DNA of 64,000 nt from Candidatus Latescibacterota bacterium (GTDB taxonomy: Bacteria; Latescibacterota; UBA2968). Shown here piece by piece: positions 29,062-40,035 of this stretch. Location: contig OZ242311.1 of the NCBI GenBank assembly GCA_965207885.1, forward strand, positions 4,384,001 through 4,448,000, written 5' to 3'. Below the pieces are notes generated by a model, which had not been told where the DNA came from, made no database searches, and worked only from the letters and a program-made list of their open reading frames with translations. The stretch's first letter is position 1; each line of letters starts with the position of its first letter. Both the position numbers and the translations under genes were made by a program.

Positions 29062-29748
29062 CTACTCATCCGATCCGCCCAAAAAACCCGCCATCCACAA
29101 CAAGCGCAACAACTCCAAAATCGCCACCAGTGCTGATGCGACATAAGTCAGCGCGGCGGCATTCAAAACCTTGCGCGAAGCGGGGATCTCATCAGGCGTC
29201 AAATATCCGCCATCTGCCAGAATCTGAATAGCCCGACTACTCGCATTAAATTCAACTGGCAGGGTGACAATACTGAAAACCACAGCAGCCGAAAAGAACA
29301 CAATGCCCAAAAAAATGAGTTCAAACCAGCTAAAAAGAAATCCGGCAATAAGAAAAACCCATGCCATCTTCGATCCAATATTTGCAACTGGGACCAAACT
29401 CGTCCGAAGAGACAAAGGAACATAGCCCTGCGCGTGTTGAAACGCATGCCCAGCTTCGTGAGCAGCCACGCCAATCGCAGCTAAGGAGCGATTTCCGTAC
29501 ACACTTTCCGATAGACGCAACATGCGATCTCTCGGATCGTAGTGATCTGTCAAATGCCCTTGTACAGGCTCCACGCCCACGGGCAAACCGCCTCGACGCA
29601 AAATATCTCGCGCGACCTGATCCGCAGTCGCACCGCTTTGCGCAACAAAATCATCGTATTTGCGAAACGTTCTTTTTACCTTGAATTGCGCCCACAGCGT
29701 AATCGCTATTCCCACAAACATCACCATCAAACCTTCCAGCATGACCAT
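29062..29748 (-). CDS. Putative neutral zinc metallopeptidase (YugP/Zn_peptidase_2 family)
   Basis: LTDHYDP, VAAHEAGHA.Q (HExxH), TLPVEFNAS.RA, L.AAALTYV. Confidence 0.9.
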   Translation of the reverse strand: MVMLEGLMVMFVGIAITLWAQFKVKRTFRKYDDFVAQSGATADQVARDILRRGGLPVGVEPVQGHLTDHYDPRDRMLRLSESVYGNRSLAAIGVAAHEAGHAFQHAQGYVPLSLRTSLVPVANIGSKMAWVFLIAGFLFSWFELIFLGIVFFSAAVVFSIVTLPVEFNASSRAIQILADGGYLTPDEIPASRKVLNAAALTYVASALVAILELLRLLWMAGFLGGSDE

Positions 29749-29763
29749 TTCCTCCTGAATCGA

Positions 29764-30699
29764 TTAACCAAATCTCTCCCCGACCTCAATGCGATATCCC
29801 CGCACAAAATCAGCACCGGACATGCGCTTTTTACCTGCTGGTTGCACCTCGTCCAGCGCGAGAACTCCCTCGCCCGTTCCCACGACAAGTCCGCGTTTCC
29901 CATCTGCACCAATCACGATGCCCGCTTCTCCCATCCCCGTGTCAACTTTTGCCCGGTGAACCTTCAGCAATTTGTTGCGCCAGAGTGTAAACGCCCCCGG
30001 AAAAGGATTGGTTCCCCGAATGAGATTGCGAATATCTCCAGCACCTTTTGACCAGTCAATTTCCCCATCTTCTTTCTCTAATTTTGGAGCGCGACTCACC
30101 CCTGCATCCGTCTGCGGCACGGCAATAACAGAACCATCTGCCATGCCATCAATAGCCCGAATGAGCAACTCAGCGCCCATCACCTTCAACCGTTCATACA
30201 GTTCGCCCGCCGTCTCATCGTCCCCAATCGCCATCTTTTGTTGAATTAAAATATCGCCGGCATCCACGCGCGGCGATAGTCGAAAAATGGTCACACCCGT
30301 CTCGGTCTCACCATTCATAATAGCCCATTGAATAGGCGCTGCTCCGCGGTATTTGGGCAACAGAGAGGGATGGACATTCACAGACCCCAATTTGGGAATC
30401 GCCAGCACAGAACGCGGCAAAATCAGAAAAGCCACCACCACAAGTAAATCTGGTTCCAGAGCCTGCAACTGCGCGTAAAAATTCTCATCTCTGAGCGACT
30501 CGGGCTGCAGAACCGGCACATCCAACCCCAGCGACACAACCGCAGCCTTCACATCGGTTGGTTGCATCTGCTGACCCCGACCACGTGGCCTGTCTGGTCG
30601 TGTCACCACGCCCACAAGATCATGACCGCTTTGAGCCACGCTCACAAGCGACGGCACCGCAAAATCGGGCGTGCCCATAAACACTACCCTCATCGCCAA
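29764..30699 (-). CDS. fmt: Methionyl-tRNA formyltransferase
   Basis: FMGTPDFA, PDRP.GRG, NVHPSLLPKYRGAAPIQ, ETGVT, DAG. Confidence 0.96.
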   Translation of the reverse strand: MAMRVVFMGTPDFAVPSLVSVAQSGHDLVGVVTRPDRPRGRGQQMQPTDVKAAVVSLGLDVPVLQPESLRDENFYAQLQALEPDLLVVVAFLILPRSVLAIPKLGSVNVHPSLLPKYRGAAPIQWAIMNGETETGVTIFRLSPRVDAGDILIQQKMAIGDDETAGELYERLKVMGAELLIRAIDGMADGSVIAVPQTDAGVSRAPKLEKEDGEIDWSKGAGDIRNLIRGTNPFPGAFTLWRNKLLKVHRAKVDTGMGEAGIVIGADGKRGLVVGTGEGVLALDEVQPAGKKRMSGADFVRGYRIEVGERFG

Positions 30700-30713
30700 A
30701 TTTCACCTTTCTA

Positions 30714-32340
<1,627 letters not shown>

Positions 32341-32342
32341 TC

Positions 32343-32371
32343 AATATAACATCCCGTCTCTTATGCGTCAA
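32343..32371 (-). promoter_or_regulatory. Sigma70-like promoter for tgt-yajC-fmt operon
   Basis: TTGACG-17bp-TATATT with TGn extended -10 on minus strand. Confidence 0.65.
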
Positions 32372-32386
32372 GGATGGGTGGTCCTC

Positions 32387-33631
32387 TCACTCCTCACTTC
32401 CCACTTCTTTCACCGCTTCTTCAGCCAGCACAAATACAAACCCCTGTTCTGTCAATTCGGGTAACATGCGTTGCAGTGCATGTAGTGTATTGGGTTTTGC
32501 ATGCCCAATACCTATCACAGTGCCTTCATGCCGTGCGTGTGCAGCGAGCCTGTATAGTCGCTTGACCACCGCGTCCTCATCTTCGACGATATCCAAAAAC
32601 ATCGCATTGCGACCACCTGGAATACCCATATCCCGTGCAATTGCATAAGCCACTGATTCAGGTGACGTGACACTGTCTATAAAAAAGAAATTCCATCGTT
32701 TTACGACCCGCAACACCGATTTCATCGCTTCAAAATTTTGTGTTAAGCGAGACCCCATGTGATTATTCATCCCCTTTGCATGGGGCACAGATGAGAGAGC
32801 ATTCTGAGTCAACTCCGCGATCTTTTCCGGCGCGTAATCCAAAAAAATCGCATTGGGACCTGGATCGCGCGCTGGATAGCCTATCGGCTCCATAGGCAAA
32901 TGAACCATCACGCCGTGATTTTTCTCAATCGCCTGTTGCGCTATCCAGGCCGTATGCTTCTCGCCGGGAAAAATGGAAAACGTAATCGGCTGTGGCAACT
33001 CACAAAAAGACAGAATCAAATTCTGATCCTGATATCCAAAATCATCGATCACAATGGCAATGCGCCCCGCAAGTCGCTCGAGTTCTTCACTCTGCTCGAT
33101 CCTGAACAAATTGGTCTGCTTATCATTCAACCCCACGCGAAGCCACAACTTATTACCCTGTCGGTCTTCGCTACCTTCAATTACCGCCCCACCCAATTGA
33201 TGCGCCAGATGGGTCAAAGACAGATTGCAAAGAGCCAGCGGCAAAGCATCGGGCACTTTCGACTGCACTTCCCAACGCAAATGGGGATCCCCATCTTTGG
33301 ACAAACGCACCTCCACAATCACTTCAGGAGGAACGCCCAGACCGATCAACACATCTTTTGCCCGCACAACCATCGTATCGGCAAATGCGACAATATCCTC
33401 TGGACCGGCTTTCCATCTGGTTGTCTCTTCGACGGGAAGTGCATATTCGACCGACTGTGGTCGCCAAAAATACGACTTTAGTAGCCAAAAATACGATCGC
33501 GGTAGCCAAAAATAGGTGGCCAATCCACCAGCGATCAGAATTATTATAACACAGGGCACAACCCATAACCGACGAGATCGCCGCTTGCGAGCCATTTCCA
33601 ATGGTCTTTTTTCGGACAAACGTTTCGCCAT
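32387..33631 (-). CDS. Divergent polysaccharide deacetylase (YibQ-like) with N-terminal membrane anchor
   Basis: IAIVIDDFGY, HLPMEP, GMNNHMGS, FFIDS.T, IGIGH motifs. Confidence 0.9.
   Translation of the reverse strand: MAKRLSEKRPLEMARKRRSRRLWVVPCVIIILIAGGLATYFWLPRSYFWLLKSYFWRPQSVEYALPVEETTRWKAGPEDIVAFADTMVVRAKDVLIGLGVPPEVIVEVRLSKDGDPHLRWEVQSKVPDALPLALCNLSLTHLAHQLGGAVIEGSEDRQGNKLWLRVGLNDKQTNLFRIEQSEELERLAGRIAIVIDDFGYQDQNLILSFCELPQPITFSIFPGEKHTAWIAQQAIEKNHGVMVHLPMEPIGYPARDPGPNAIFLDYAPEKIAELTQNALSSVPHAKGMNNHMGSRLTQNFEAMKSVLRVVKRWNFFFIDSVTSPESVAYAIARDMGIPGGRNAMFLDIVEDEDAVVKRLYRLAAHARHEGTVIGIGHAKPNTLHALQRMLPELTEQGFVFVLAEEAVKEVGSEE
33463..33515. repeat. 21-bp tandem repeat (x2.5) encoding YFWLPRS/YFWLLKS/YFWRPQS
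   Basis: GCCAAAAATA core at 33463, 33484 and 33505. Confidence 0.8.
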
Positions 33632-33640
33632 TTTGCAGAC

Positions 33641-34627
33641 TCAATAAATCTGAATCGGATCGGGAATAAAACACAATACAAAAATAGCCAGCGACGCGTA
33701 CCCAATCCATCGCCGGGCGGGATCCAGTTCAACATCGGGATTTACAGGCGGCGGATGATGCCGCCCCATCAGCGCAGCCAAACCCAACCACACCAACCAA
33801 CCAACCCAGCGGGAATCATACCAGGCCCTGAACACGGATTGTGCATCCCACCAGTGGTAAGGCGGTGCCAATAACCACATCAGAGCTAATCCCACCATTG
33901 TCGCCCGAGAAATTAACCGGTGCTTCTTGCCAAAAATCGCATAGACAATATGCCCGCCATCAAACTGTCCCATCGGCAACAAATTTAACACCGTCACAAA
34001 CAACCCCAACCAGCCAGCAAAAGCCACCGGATGCAACATTATCGTGTAGCCCTCAGGCAGATCGCCAATAACCCAGTTGCCCAACCAGCCCGACAACAGG
34101 GAATGACCCAGCGCGAGTGTCCCTGCTGACACATCCCGAGCTTCCACAATTTTCGACATATGCAGACCAGCACTCCACGCAATCACCGACATCACAAATC
34201 CGGCAATAGGTCCGGACGCGCCAATATCGATAAGCGCCCGTCGGTTCGGAATTTGAGATCGCAATTTGATCACTGCGCCCAGGGTGCCTATAAACGATGG
34301 AAAGGGAATAAAATAGGGCAATGACGCGCGCACGCCCCAGCGGCGCGAAGTCACATAATGCCCCATCTCGTGTACGACCAAAATAATCAGCAATGTCGTG
34401 GAAAATGGCAAGCCATAGACCAGATAACGCGGATCAATCAAAATGCGCCAGTCATCGATCACGGGCATAGAGGCCAATTGTGGCGACATGAACATACCCG
34501 CTACCGTCGTCGTGTACGCAGTTGCCAAAAATAGCCCAACATGCAATCTCAAATTCTCCTGCGTCCTGGGCAAGGCTGTCTGCGTGGGAAAATACCGATT
34601 ACCATTCAAATCGTCTGACACAATCAC
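33641..34627 (-). CDS. Site-2 protease (M50) family membrane metalloprotease
   Basis: HEMGH, PYFIP, GTLGAVI, GP.AG, NLLP.GQ.DGGH. Confidence 0.92.
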   Translation of the reverse strand: MIVSDDLNGNRYFPTQTALPRTQENLRLHVGLFLATAYTTTVAGMFMSPQLASMPVIDDWRILIDPRYLVYGLPFSTTLLIILVVHEMGHYVTSRRWGVRASLPYFIPFPSFIGTLGAVIKLRSQIPNRRALIDIGASGPIAGFVMSVIAWSAGLHMSKIVEARDVSAGTLALGHSLLSGWLGNWVIGDLPEGYTIMLHPVAFAGWLGLFVTVLNLLPMGQFDGGHIVYAIFGKKHRLISRATMVGLALMWLLAPPYHWWDAQSVFRAWYDSRWVGWLVWLGLAALMGRHHPPPVNPDVELDPARRWIGYASLAIFVLCFIPDPIQIY

Positions 34628-34639
34628 TCCTTATCCTTT

Positions 34640-35524
34640 TCACCTTATCCCCACAGCAATGCGATGCGAATCGCCCAACCCCTGTGATGCAGGCACAAAA
34701 GCGTAATCCACCCTCCAGTTGCGCCGTGTAATACCCATTCCAAACGACAACATGCGCGTATCGTGCCCGGTTTGAATCCCACCGCGCAAAAACAACCTGC
34801 CCATCACCCCGTATTCCAAACCAAAATTAGCACCTCTATTGCCCACCGCTGGCAGGCGAAAATCGGCTGTTGCTATCCACGTGTGCCAGAACCACGCCGC
34901 CCCCACGCGAAACACCCGGGGCAAAGGGGTGCGCACCCGGTCTAACTGCGTCATTCTTCCCCAATTTCGATACGCCGCCCCCAGCATCAAGTTCTCAGAC
35001 AGACGATACAATACGCCCCCATCCGCGCTCATCCCCCACGCACTCTCTGGCCCGATATTTTCATGCAATGCCCGAACCGAAAACCCCACATAAATTCGCT
35101 GCCCTATCTTCTGTGCATAAGATAGCCCTGCATTGAGATCGTAAATACTAAACGTGCCCGCAGGTGTTGCAGTCGGAGCCCGTCGCGCTTCCAATCCTCC
35201 AGCTCCATAAACGCCTAAACTCAGCGCAAGCCCCCGTCTATCATTGCCATAAGCCCAGCCGCCATACCCCTGCTTGATCCCCTGAAACGATCGGTGGTGC
35301 GCCAGAATAAAATGTTTGCCCTGCATAGCCGCCACACCTGCCGGATTCCAAAACGCAGCAGTCTGCTCGCCCACCACAGCGGTCTGCGCCTCACCCATCG
35401 CAGCAGCACGCGCACCAACTCCCTCACGCAGCAGCACAAAACCGGCCTTGTGTGCCGAAGTACTGGCCTCAGCGGAAAATAGGCAACATGTCGCAATAAA
35501 AATGCCAAAAATAATGCGCTTCAC
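34640..35524 (-). CDS. PorV/PorQ-like outer-membrane beta-barrel protein
   Basis: Signal peptide, GARA.AMGEA, FWNPAG, alternating beta-strands, DYAF, LG.SHR; SD AGGAGG before GTG 35524. Confidence 0.75.
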   Translation of the reverse strand: MKRIIFGIFIATCCLFSAEASTSAHKAGFVLLREGVGARAAAMGEAQTAVVGEQTAAFWNPAGVAAMQGKHFILAHHRSFQGIKQGYGGWAYGNDRRGLALSLGVYGAGGLEARRAPTATPAGTFSIYDLNAGLSYAQKIGQRIYVGFSVRALHENIGPESAWGMSADGGVLYRLSENLMLGAAYRNWGRMTQLDRVRTPLPRVFRVGAAWFWHTWIATADFRLPAVGNRGANFGLEYGVMGRLFLRGGIQTGHDTRMLSFGMGITRRNWRVDYAFVPASQGLGDSHRIAVGIR

Positions 35525-35570
35525 AAAAACCTCCTGCATACAAATGCTCCAAAACCCAGTGCATTTTACA

Positions 35571-35599
35571 AGATTAAGCAAACGGACAAAATGTGTCAA
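35571..35599 (-). promoter_or_regulatory. Sigma70-like promoter (towards PorV-like gene)
   Basis: TTGACA-17bp-TAATCT on minus strand. Confidence 0.55.
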
Positions 35600-35636
35600 C
35601 CGCCCATTCGTAAAATAGACCATCTCAAGCGCGCAA

Positions 35637-35665
35637 TTGACAATATCCATTCTCCTGTTTACATT
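35637..35665 (+). promoter_or_regulatory. Sigma70-like promoter (towards slyD-polA)
   Basis: TTGACA-17bp-TACATT. Confidence 0.65.
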
Positions 35666-35691
35666 GTTCAGACGCTCATAAGGGAGGCATT

Positions 35692-36126
35692 ATGGCACAA
35701 GCAGAAACAGGCGACCGCGTCTTGATTTATTACAAGGGAATCCTGGAAGACGGAACCATAGCCGAAGGCACACCAGAGAATGAACCATTTGAATTTACAG
35801 TGGGAGACGAATCTGTAAAAGACATATTCACGCGTCTTGTAAACGGATTAGAAGAAGGCGATTCCCGCACGGTGATCCTATCTCCAGAAGATGCGTTTGG
35901 CCCCTATAATCCCGACTTTGTTATCGAAGTTGCGCGATCGAAATTTTCTCCCGATGCACTTCTCGAAAAAGGAATGCGTATGGAAGTACAGTCCGACCCC
36001 ACAGGTACACCCGTCGAAGTGTCCGTGAAAGACATAACATCCCAAACCGTGACATTAGACGGCAACCATCCCTTTGCGGGAGAAGAAATTACCATGACGA
36101 TTCAATTGTTAGAGATAGTAGTATGA
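35692..36126 (+). CDS. slyD: FKBP-type peptidyl-prolyl isomerase (SlyD/FkpB-like, no His-rich tail)
   Basis: GD.V...Y.G.LEDG, PEDAFG, D.NHP.AG motif. Confidence 0.85.
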   Translation: MAQAETGDRVLIYYKGILEDGTIAEGTPENEPFEFTVGDESVKDIFTRLVNGLEEGDSRTVILSPEDAFGPYNPDFVIEVARSKFSPDALLEKGMRMEVQSDPTGTPVEVSVKDITSQTVTLDGNHPFAGEEITMTIQLLEIVV

Positions 36127-36147
36127 CCGTTACAATAAGGTAAAAAC

Positions 36148-36669
36148 ATGTGGCGTCAATTGGGAATCATCGCGATTGGTATCGCGCTATCTGCGTGTGG
36201 ACCCGATGTTCAATTGGTAAAAGATGGACACGAAGAATACTATGTGTATTGGGATGACGCCCACAAAAGGTATTTCAGACATGGGTTATACCAGTCATTT
36301 TACGAAAGTGGTCGCCAGCGTTCGGTTGGCAAATACGAACAAGACATAAAAGTGGGCGTTTGGACACACTGGTATGAAAACGGACAAAAACAGGGAGAAA
36401 TGGACTGGGTAGATGGCAAGCCCGAAGGCGTAGTGACAGAATGGTACAAAAACGGACAGCAAAAAAACATGGGGACGTGGGAAAACGGTGGGCGACATGG
36501 TCTCTCGACCTGGTGGTATGCAAACGGAAAAAAAGAAAAAGAAGTGAATTACATAGAAGGAGAACCCGACGGAATCTGGACATATTGGGACTCGACGGGT
36601 GTCATAACAAAAAAGCAGTATTGGGATCGCGGTGCATTTTTGCGGGTTGAAGAGGAAATGAAACGCTGA
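36148..36669 (+). CDS. MORN-variant repeat lipoprotein (YwqK-like)
   Basis: Lipobox LSAC; repeated WY.NG.K..(E)G units. Confidence 0.8.
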   Translation: MWRQLGIIAIGIALSACGPDVQLVKDGHEEYYVYWDDAHKRYFRHGLYQSFYESGRQRSVGKYEQDIKVGVWTHWYENGQKQGEMDWVDGKPEGVVTEWYKNGQQKNMGTWENGGRHGLSTWWYANGKKEKEVNYIEGEPDGIWTYWDSTGVITKKQYWDRGAFLRVEEEMKR

Positions 36670-36680
36670 AAGGATCAGAA

Positions 36681-39446
36681 ATGGCAGACAAAACCCTGTA
36701 TTTATTAGACGGCATGGCACTGGTCTATCGAGGACATTTTGCGCTGATACGCAGTCCGAGGATGACGTCAAAAGGACTGAACACCTCGTCGTTATTCGTT
36801 TTTGCCAATACCCTATTGGATATTTTGGGCAACACAAAGCCCTCGCATTTGGCCGTAGTCTTCGACACGCCAGAGCCGACGTTTCGGGACGAGATATACA
36901 AAGAATACAAGGCACAACGGGAAAAAATGCCCGAAGACATAAGTGGCGCGCTGCCCTACATCGACCAAATGTGTGAAGCGTTCAACGTGCCCGTCATCCG
37001 CAAACCGGGTTATGAAGCCGACGACGTAATCGGCACACTGGCAAAAGAGGCTGAAAAATTCGGGTTTACAACATATATGGTAACCCCCGATAAAGACTAC
37101 GCACAACTCGTCTCAAACAAAACATTCATCAGCAAACCCGGACGCACGGGCGACGGCGCTGAGATCCTGGGCGTTCCAGAGATACTGGAACAATGGGAAA
37201 TTGAGCGCGTAGATCAGGTAATCGACATGCTGGGGCTAATGGGCGATTCGAGTGATAATGTGCCGGGCGTACCGGGCATAGGGCCAAAAACTGCACAAAA
37301 ATTAATCGCGCAGTACGACAGTGTGGAGGGATTGCTCGATCACGTCGATGAATTGAAAGGCAAACAAAAAGAAAATGTAGAGACATATAGAGAACAGGCA
37401 TTGTTATCAAAGGAACTGGTCACCATCCACCTCAACGTACCGTTGGACTTTGGGCTGAATGATCTCGCAGTGAAAGAACGAGACGAACAAAAATTGAAAA
37501 CCCTGTTCGCAGAATTGGAATTCAGCACACTGGGCAAACGGCTATTTGGAAATGATTTTAATATAGATCAGCAACAAATCTCGCTCTTCGGCGATGAAAC
37601 AGCGCTGGAAGGCGTATCAGCACACAAAACCATAGCGGATGTCGAACACACATATCACCTCGTGGATACCCCGGAAAAGCGCGCAGCATTGATCGAAAAA
37701 TTGGCACAGCAAAAGGCGTTTTGTTTTGATACAGAAACAACGGGACTAAACCCGAGAACGTGTGAAATGCTCGGTATCGCCTTTTCATTTCAACCGCACA
37801 CGGGATATTACGTACCAATGCCAGAAGACCCGGATAAAAATAAGGCCGTATTGGAAGAATTCCGCGGAATTTTGGAAAATCCGGACACCGAGAAAATCGG
37901 ACACAATCTCAAATTTGACCTCGCCGTATTATTGTGGCAAGGCATCAGAGTTCAGGGACTGGCTTTTGATACCATGCTCGCCGCTTATGTGACCGCACCC
38001 GAAATGCGTCGCGGCATGGATGCTCTATCGCTGGCATTATTGGGTTATGAACCCATTAAAATTGAGTCTTTAATCGGCGAAAAAGAAAAGGGCAAAGAAC
38101 AAAAAACCCTGCGCGAAGTCCCCCTGGACAAAGTAGCAGAATACGCAGCCGAAGATGCGGACATCACCTTGCAACTGTCCGAAGCTCTACGCCCCAAAAT
38201 CAAAGAAATGGGACAAACGCGCGTATTTGAAGACATAGAATGCCCGCTGGTATCTGTACTGGCGCAAATGGAATACGAAGGCATTCGCATGGAAGCATCT
38301 GTAATCGAAGCACTTTCGGAAGACCTGCAGGATGAATTAGTCGCCATCCGACAGCGCATTTACGACCTGGCTGGTGAAACATTTAATTTAAACTCCCCCA
38401 AGCAATTGGGCGATATCCTATTTGAAAAATTGAAACTCGATCCCAATGCGCGGCGCACAGCTAAGACAAAGCAATATCAAACAGGGGAATCAATTTTGCA
38501 GCGGTTGGCTTATAAACACGAAATAGTAGAACAAATTTTGGAATATCGAACATATTCAAAACTGAAATCCACCTATCTGGATATGTTGCCGGGCGCGGTA
38601 TTTAAGAGTACCGGACACATCCACACGCACTACGAGCAGGCCGTCACTGCCACCGGACGGTTGCAATCGCACGGACCAAATCTGCAAAATATTCCCATTC
38701 GCACGGAAAAGGGGCGCGAAATTCGCAAAGCCTTTGTACCTCGCAATGAAAATTACACCCTCTTGTCAGCAGACTATTCGCAGATAGAATTGCGCGTAGC
38801 GGCTGAACTGAGTCGCGATGAGGAGATGCACAGAGCATTTCGGGAAGGGCTGGATATCCATGCGGCAACCGCAATGAAAATTTACGGATTGGACGAACGC
38901 GATGTAACCGACGACATGCGCCGGCAGGCAAAAACTGTAAACTTTGGCATTATTTATGGAATTTCTGCCTTTGGCCTGGCGCAACGCCTGAATATTCCGA
39001 GATTTGAAGCCGGTAATTTAATCGAGCAATATTTTGAGCAATTTCCCGGCGCAAAAAAGTACATGGATGACACCATTGACTTTGCGCGAGAACACGGATA
39101 TGTGGAAACCATGACGGGACGCAGGCGATATCTGCGGGATATCCACTCGCGCAATGCCACCACGCGCAAAAGTGCCGAGCGCAACGCAATCAACTCGCGG
39201 ATTCAGGGCACAGCGGCCGACATGATTAAAATTGCGATGCGCCGCGTCCAGGATGCCTTGTTTGAACGGGACTTAAAAACGCGCATGCTGCTACAAGTAC
39301 ACGACGAACTCGTCTTTGACATGCACAAAGACGAAGCCGATATCGCGATGCCCCTAATCGAAGACGCCATGAAGAATGCCCTGCCAATGTCCGTGCCAAT
39401 TGTCGTGGAAATGGGCATGGGAAATACCTGGCTGGAAGCGCATTAA
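36681..39446 (+). CDS. polA: DNA polymerase I
   Basis: 5'-3' exonuclease (EADD, D.SDN.PGV.GIG.KTA), 3'-5' exonuclease FDTET, motifs DYSQIELR, AKTVNFG, QVHDE. Confidence 0.98.
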   Translation: MADKTLYLLDGMALVYRGHFALIRSPRMTSKGLNTSSLFVFANTLLDILGNTKPSHLAVVFDTPEPTFRDEIYKEYKAQREKMPEDISGALPYIDQMCEAFNVPVIRKPGYEADDVIGTLAKEAEKFGFTTYMVTPDKDYAQLVSNKTFISKPGRTGDGAEILGVPEILEQWEIERVDQVIDMLGLMGDSSDNVPGVPGIGPKTAQKLIAQYDSVEGLLDHVDELKGKQKENVETYREQALLSKELVTIHLNVPLDFGLNDLAVKERDEQKLKTLFAELEFSTLGKRLFGNDFNIDQQQISLFGDETALEGVSAHKTIADVEHTYHLVDTPEKRAALIEKLAQQKAFCFDTETTGLNPRTCEMLGIAFSFQPHTGYYVPMPEDPDKNKAVLEEFRGILENPDTEKIGHNLKFDLAVLLWQGIRVQGLAFDTMLAAYVTAPEMRRGMDALSLALLGYEPIKIESLIGEKEKGKEQKTLREVPLDKVAEYAAEDADITLQLSEALRPKIKEMGQTRVFEDIECPLVSVLAQMEYEGIRMEASVIEALSEDLQDELVAIRQRIYDLAGETFNLNSPKQLGDILFEKLKLDPNARRTAKTKQYQTGESILQRLAYKHEIVEQILEYRTYSKLKSTYLDMLPGAVFKSTGHIHTHYEQAVTATGRLQSHGPNLQNIPIRTEKGREIRKAFVPRNENYTLLSADYSQIELRVAAELSRDEEMHRAFREGLDIHAATAMKIYGLDERDVTDDMRRQAKTVNFGIIYGISAFGLAQRLNIPRFEAGNLIEQYFEQFPGAKKYMDDTIDFAREHGYVETMTGRRRYLRDIHSRNATTRKSAERNAINSRIQGTAADMIKIAMRRVQDALFERDLKTRMLLQVHDELVFDMHKDEADIAMPLIEDAMKNALPMSVPIVVEMGMGNTWLEAH

Positions 39447-39460
39447 AAGATGGAAAACAC

Positions 39461-40030
39461 ATGTTCAACTGGCTCAAAAAACTATTCGCCCCTCCTGTCG
39501 AACACCTGCCGCAACTCGAAATGTTTCGCGACCACCTCAATAACCTGCCCGAAATTCAGCAAATTACCGGTTATGCCACACGTACCTATCGTTCGGGTGA
39601 CGAAGCCGCCTGGTGTCGCATCATGGAAGGCAATGTAGGCAGCAACTGGACAACGGAGAAATGCCGAGCACAATTGATTCGCGATCCCCGCTTCCAGACA
39701 GAGAACCTCTTTTTCATCACCCACAACGACGACCCTATAGCCAGTGCGTGTGCCTGGAAAACACCCGGCCAATCGCCGGAAACAGGTGAAGTTCACATGG
39801 TCGCCGCGCACGCAGACCACCGCGGCAAAGGACTCGGGCATTTGCTCAACGCCCTCGTCCTCCATCGCTTAAAAGATCTGGGCTATCAAAAAGCACATCT
39901 CAAAACCGATGACTGGCGCCTACCGGCTATCAAAACCTACCTCGACGCGGGCTTCCAGCCCCTCAACACCCACGAAAGCCACCCCGAACGCTGGGAAGCC
40001 ATCTTCGCCCAGCTAAAAATTAAAAAATAA
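39461..40030 (+). CDS. GNAT family N-acetyltransferase
   Basis: V....RGKGLG acetyl-CoA motif, R.PAI.TY...GF. Confidence 0.85.
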   Translation: MFNWLKKLFAPPVEHLPQLEMFRDHLNNLPEIQQITGYATRTYRSGDEAAWCRIMEGNVGSNWTTEKCRAQLIRDPRFQTENLFFITHNDDPIASACAWKTPGQSPETGEVHMVAAHADHRGKGLGHLLNALVLHRLKDLGYQKAHLKTDDWRLPAIKTYLDAGFQPLNTHESHPERWEAIFAQLKIKK

Positions 40031-40035
40031 CCTCC

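Noticed and set aside
36148-36669. Toxin-antitoxin module (YwqK-like antitoxin)
   Set aside because: No adjacent toxin gene; lipobox and MORN-like repeats indicate a generic repeat lipoprotein in the slyD-polA operon.
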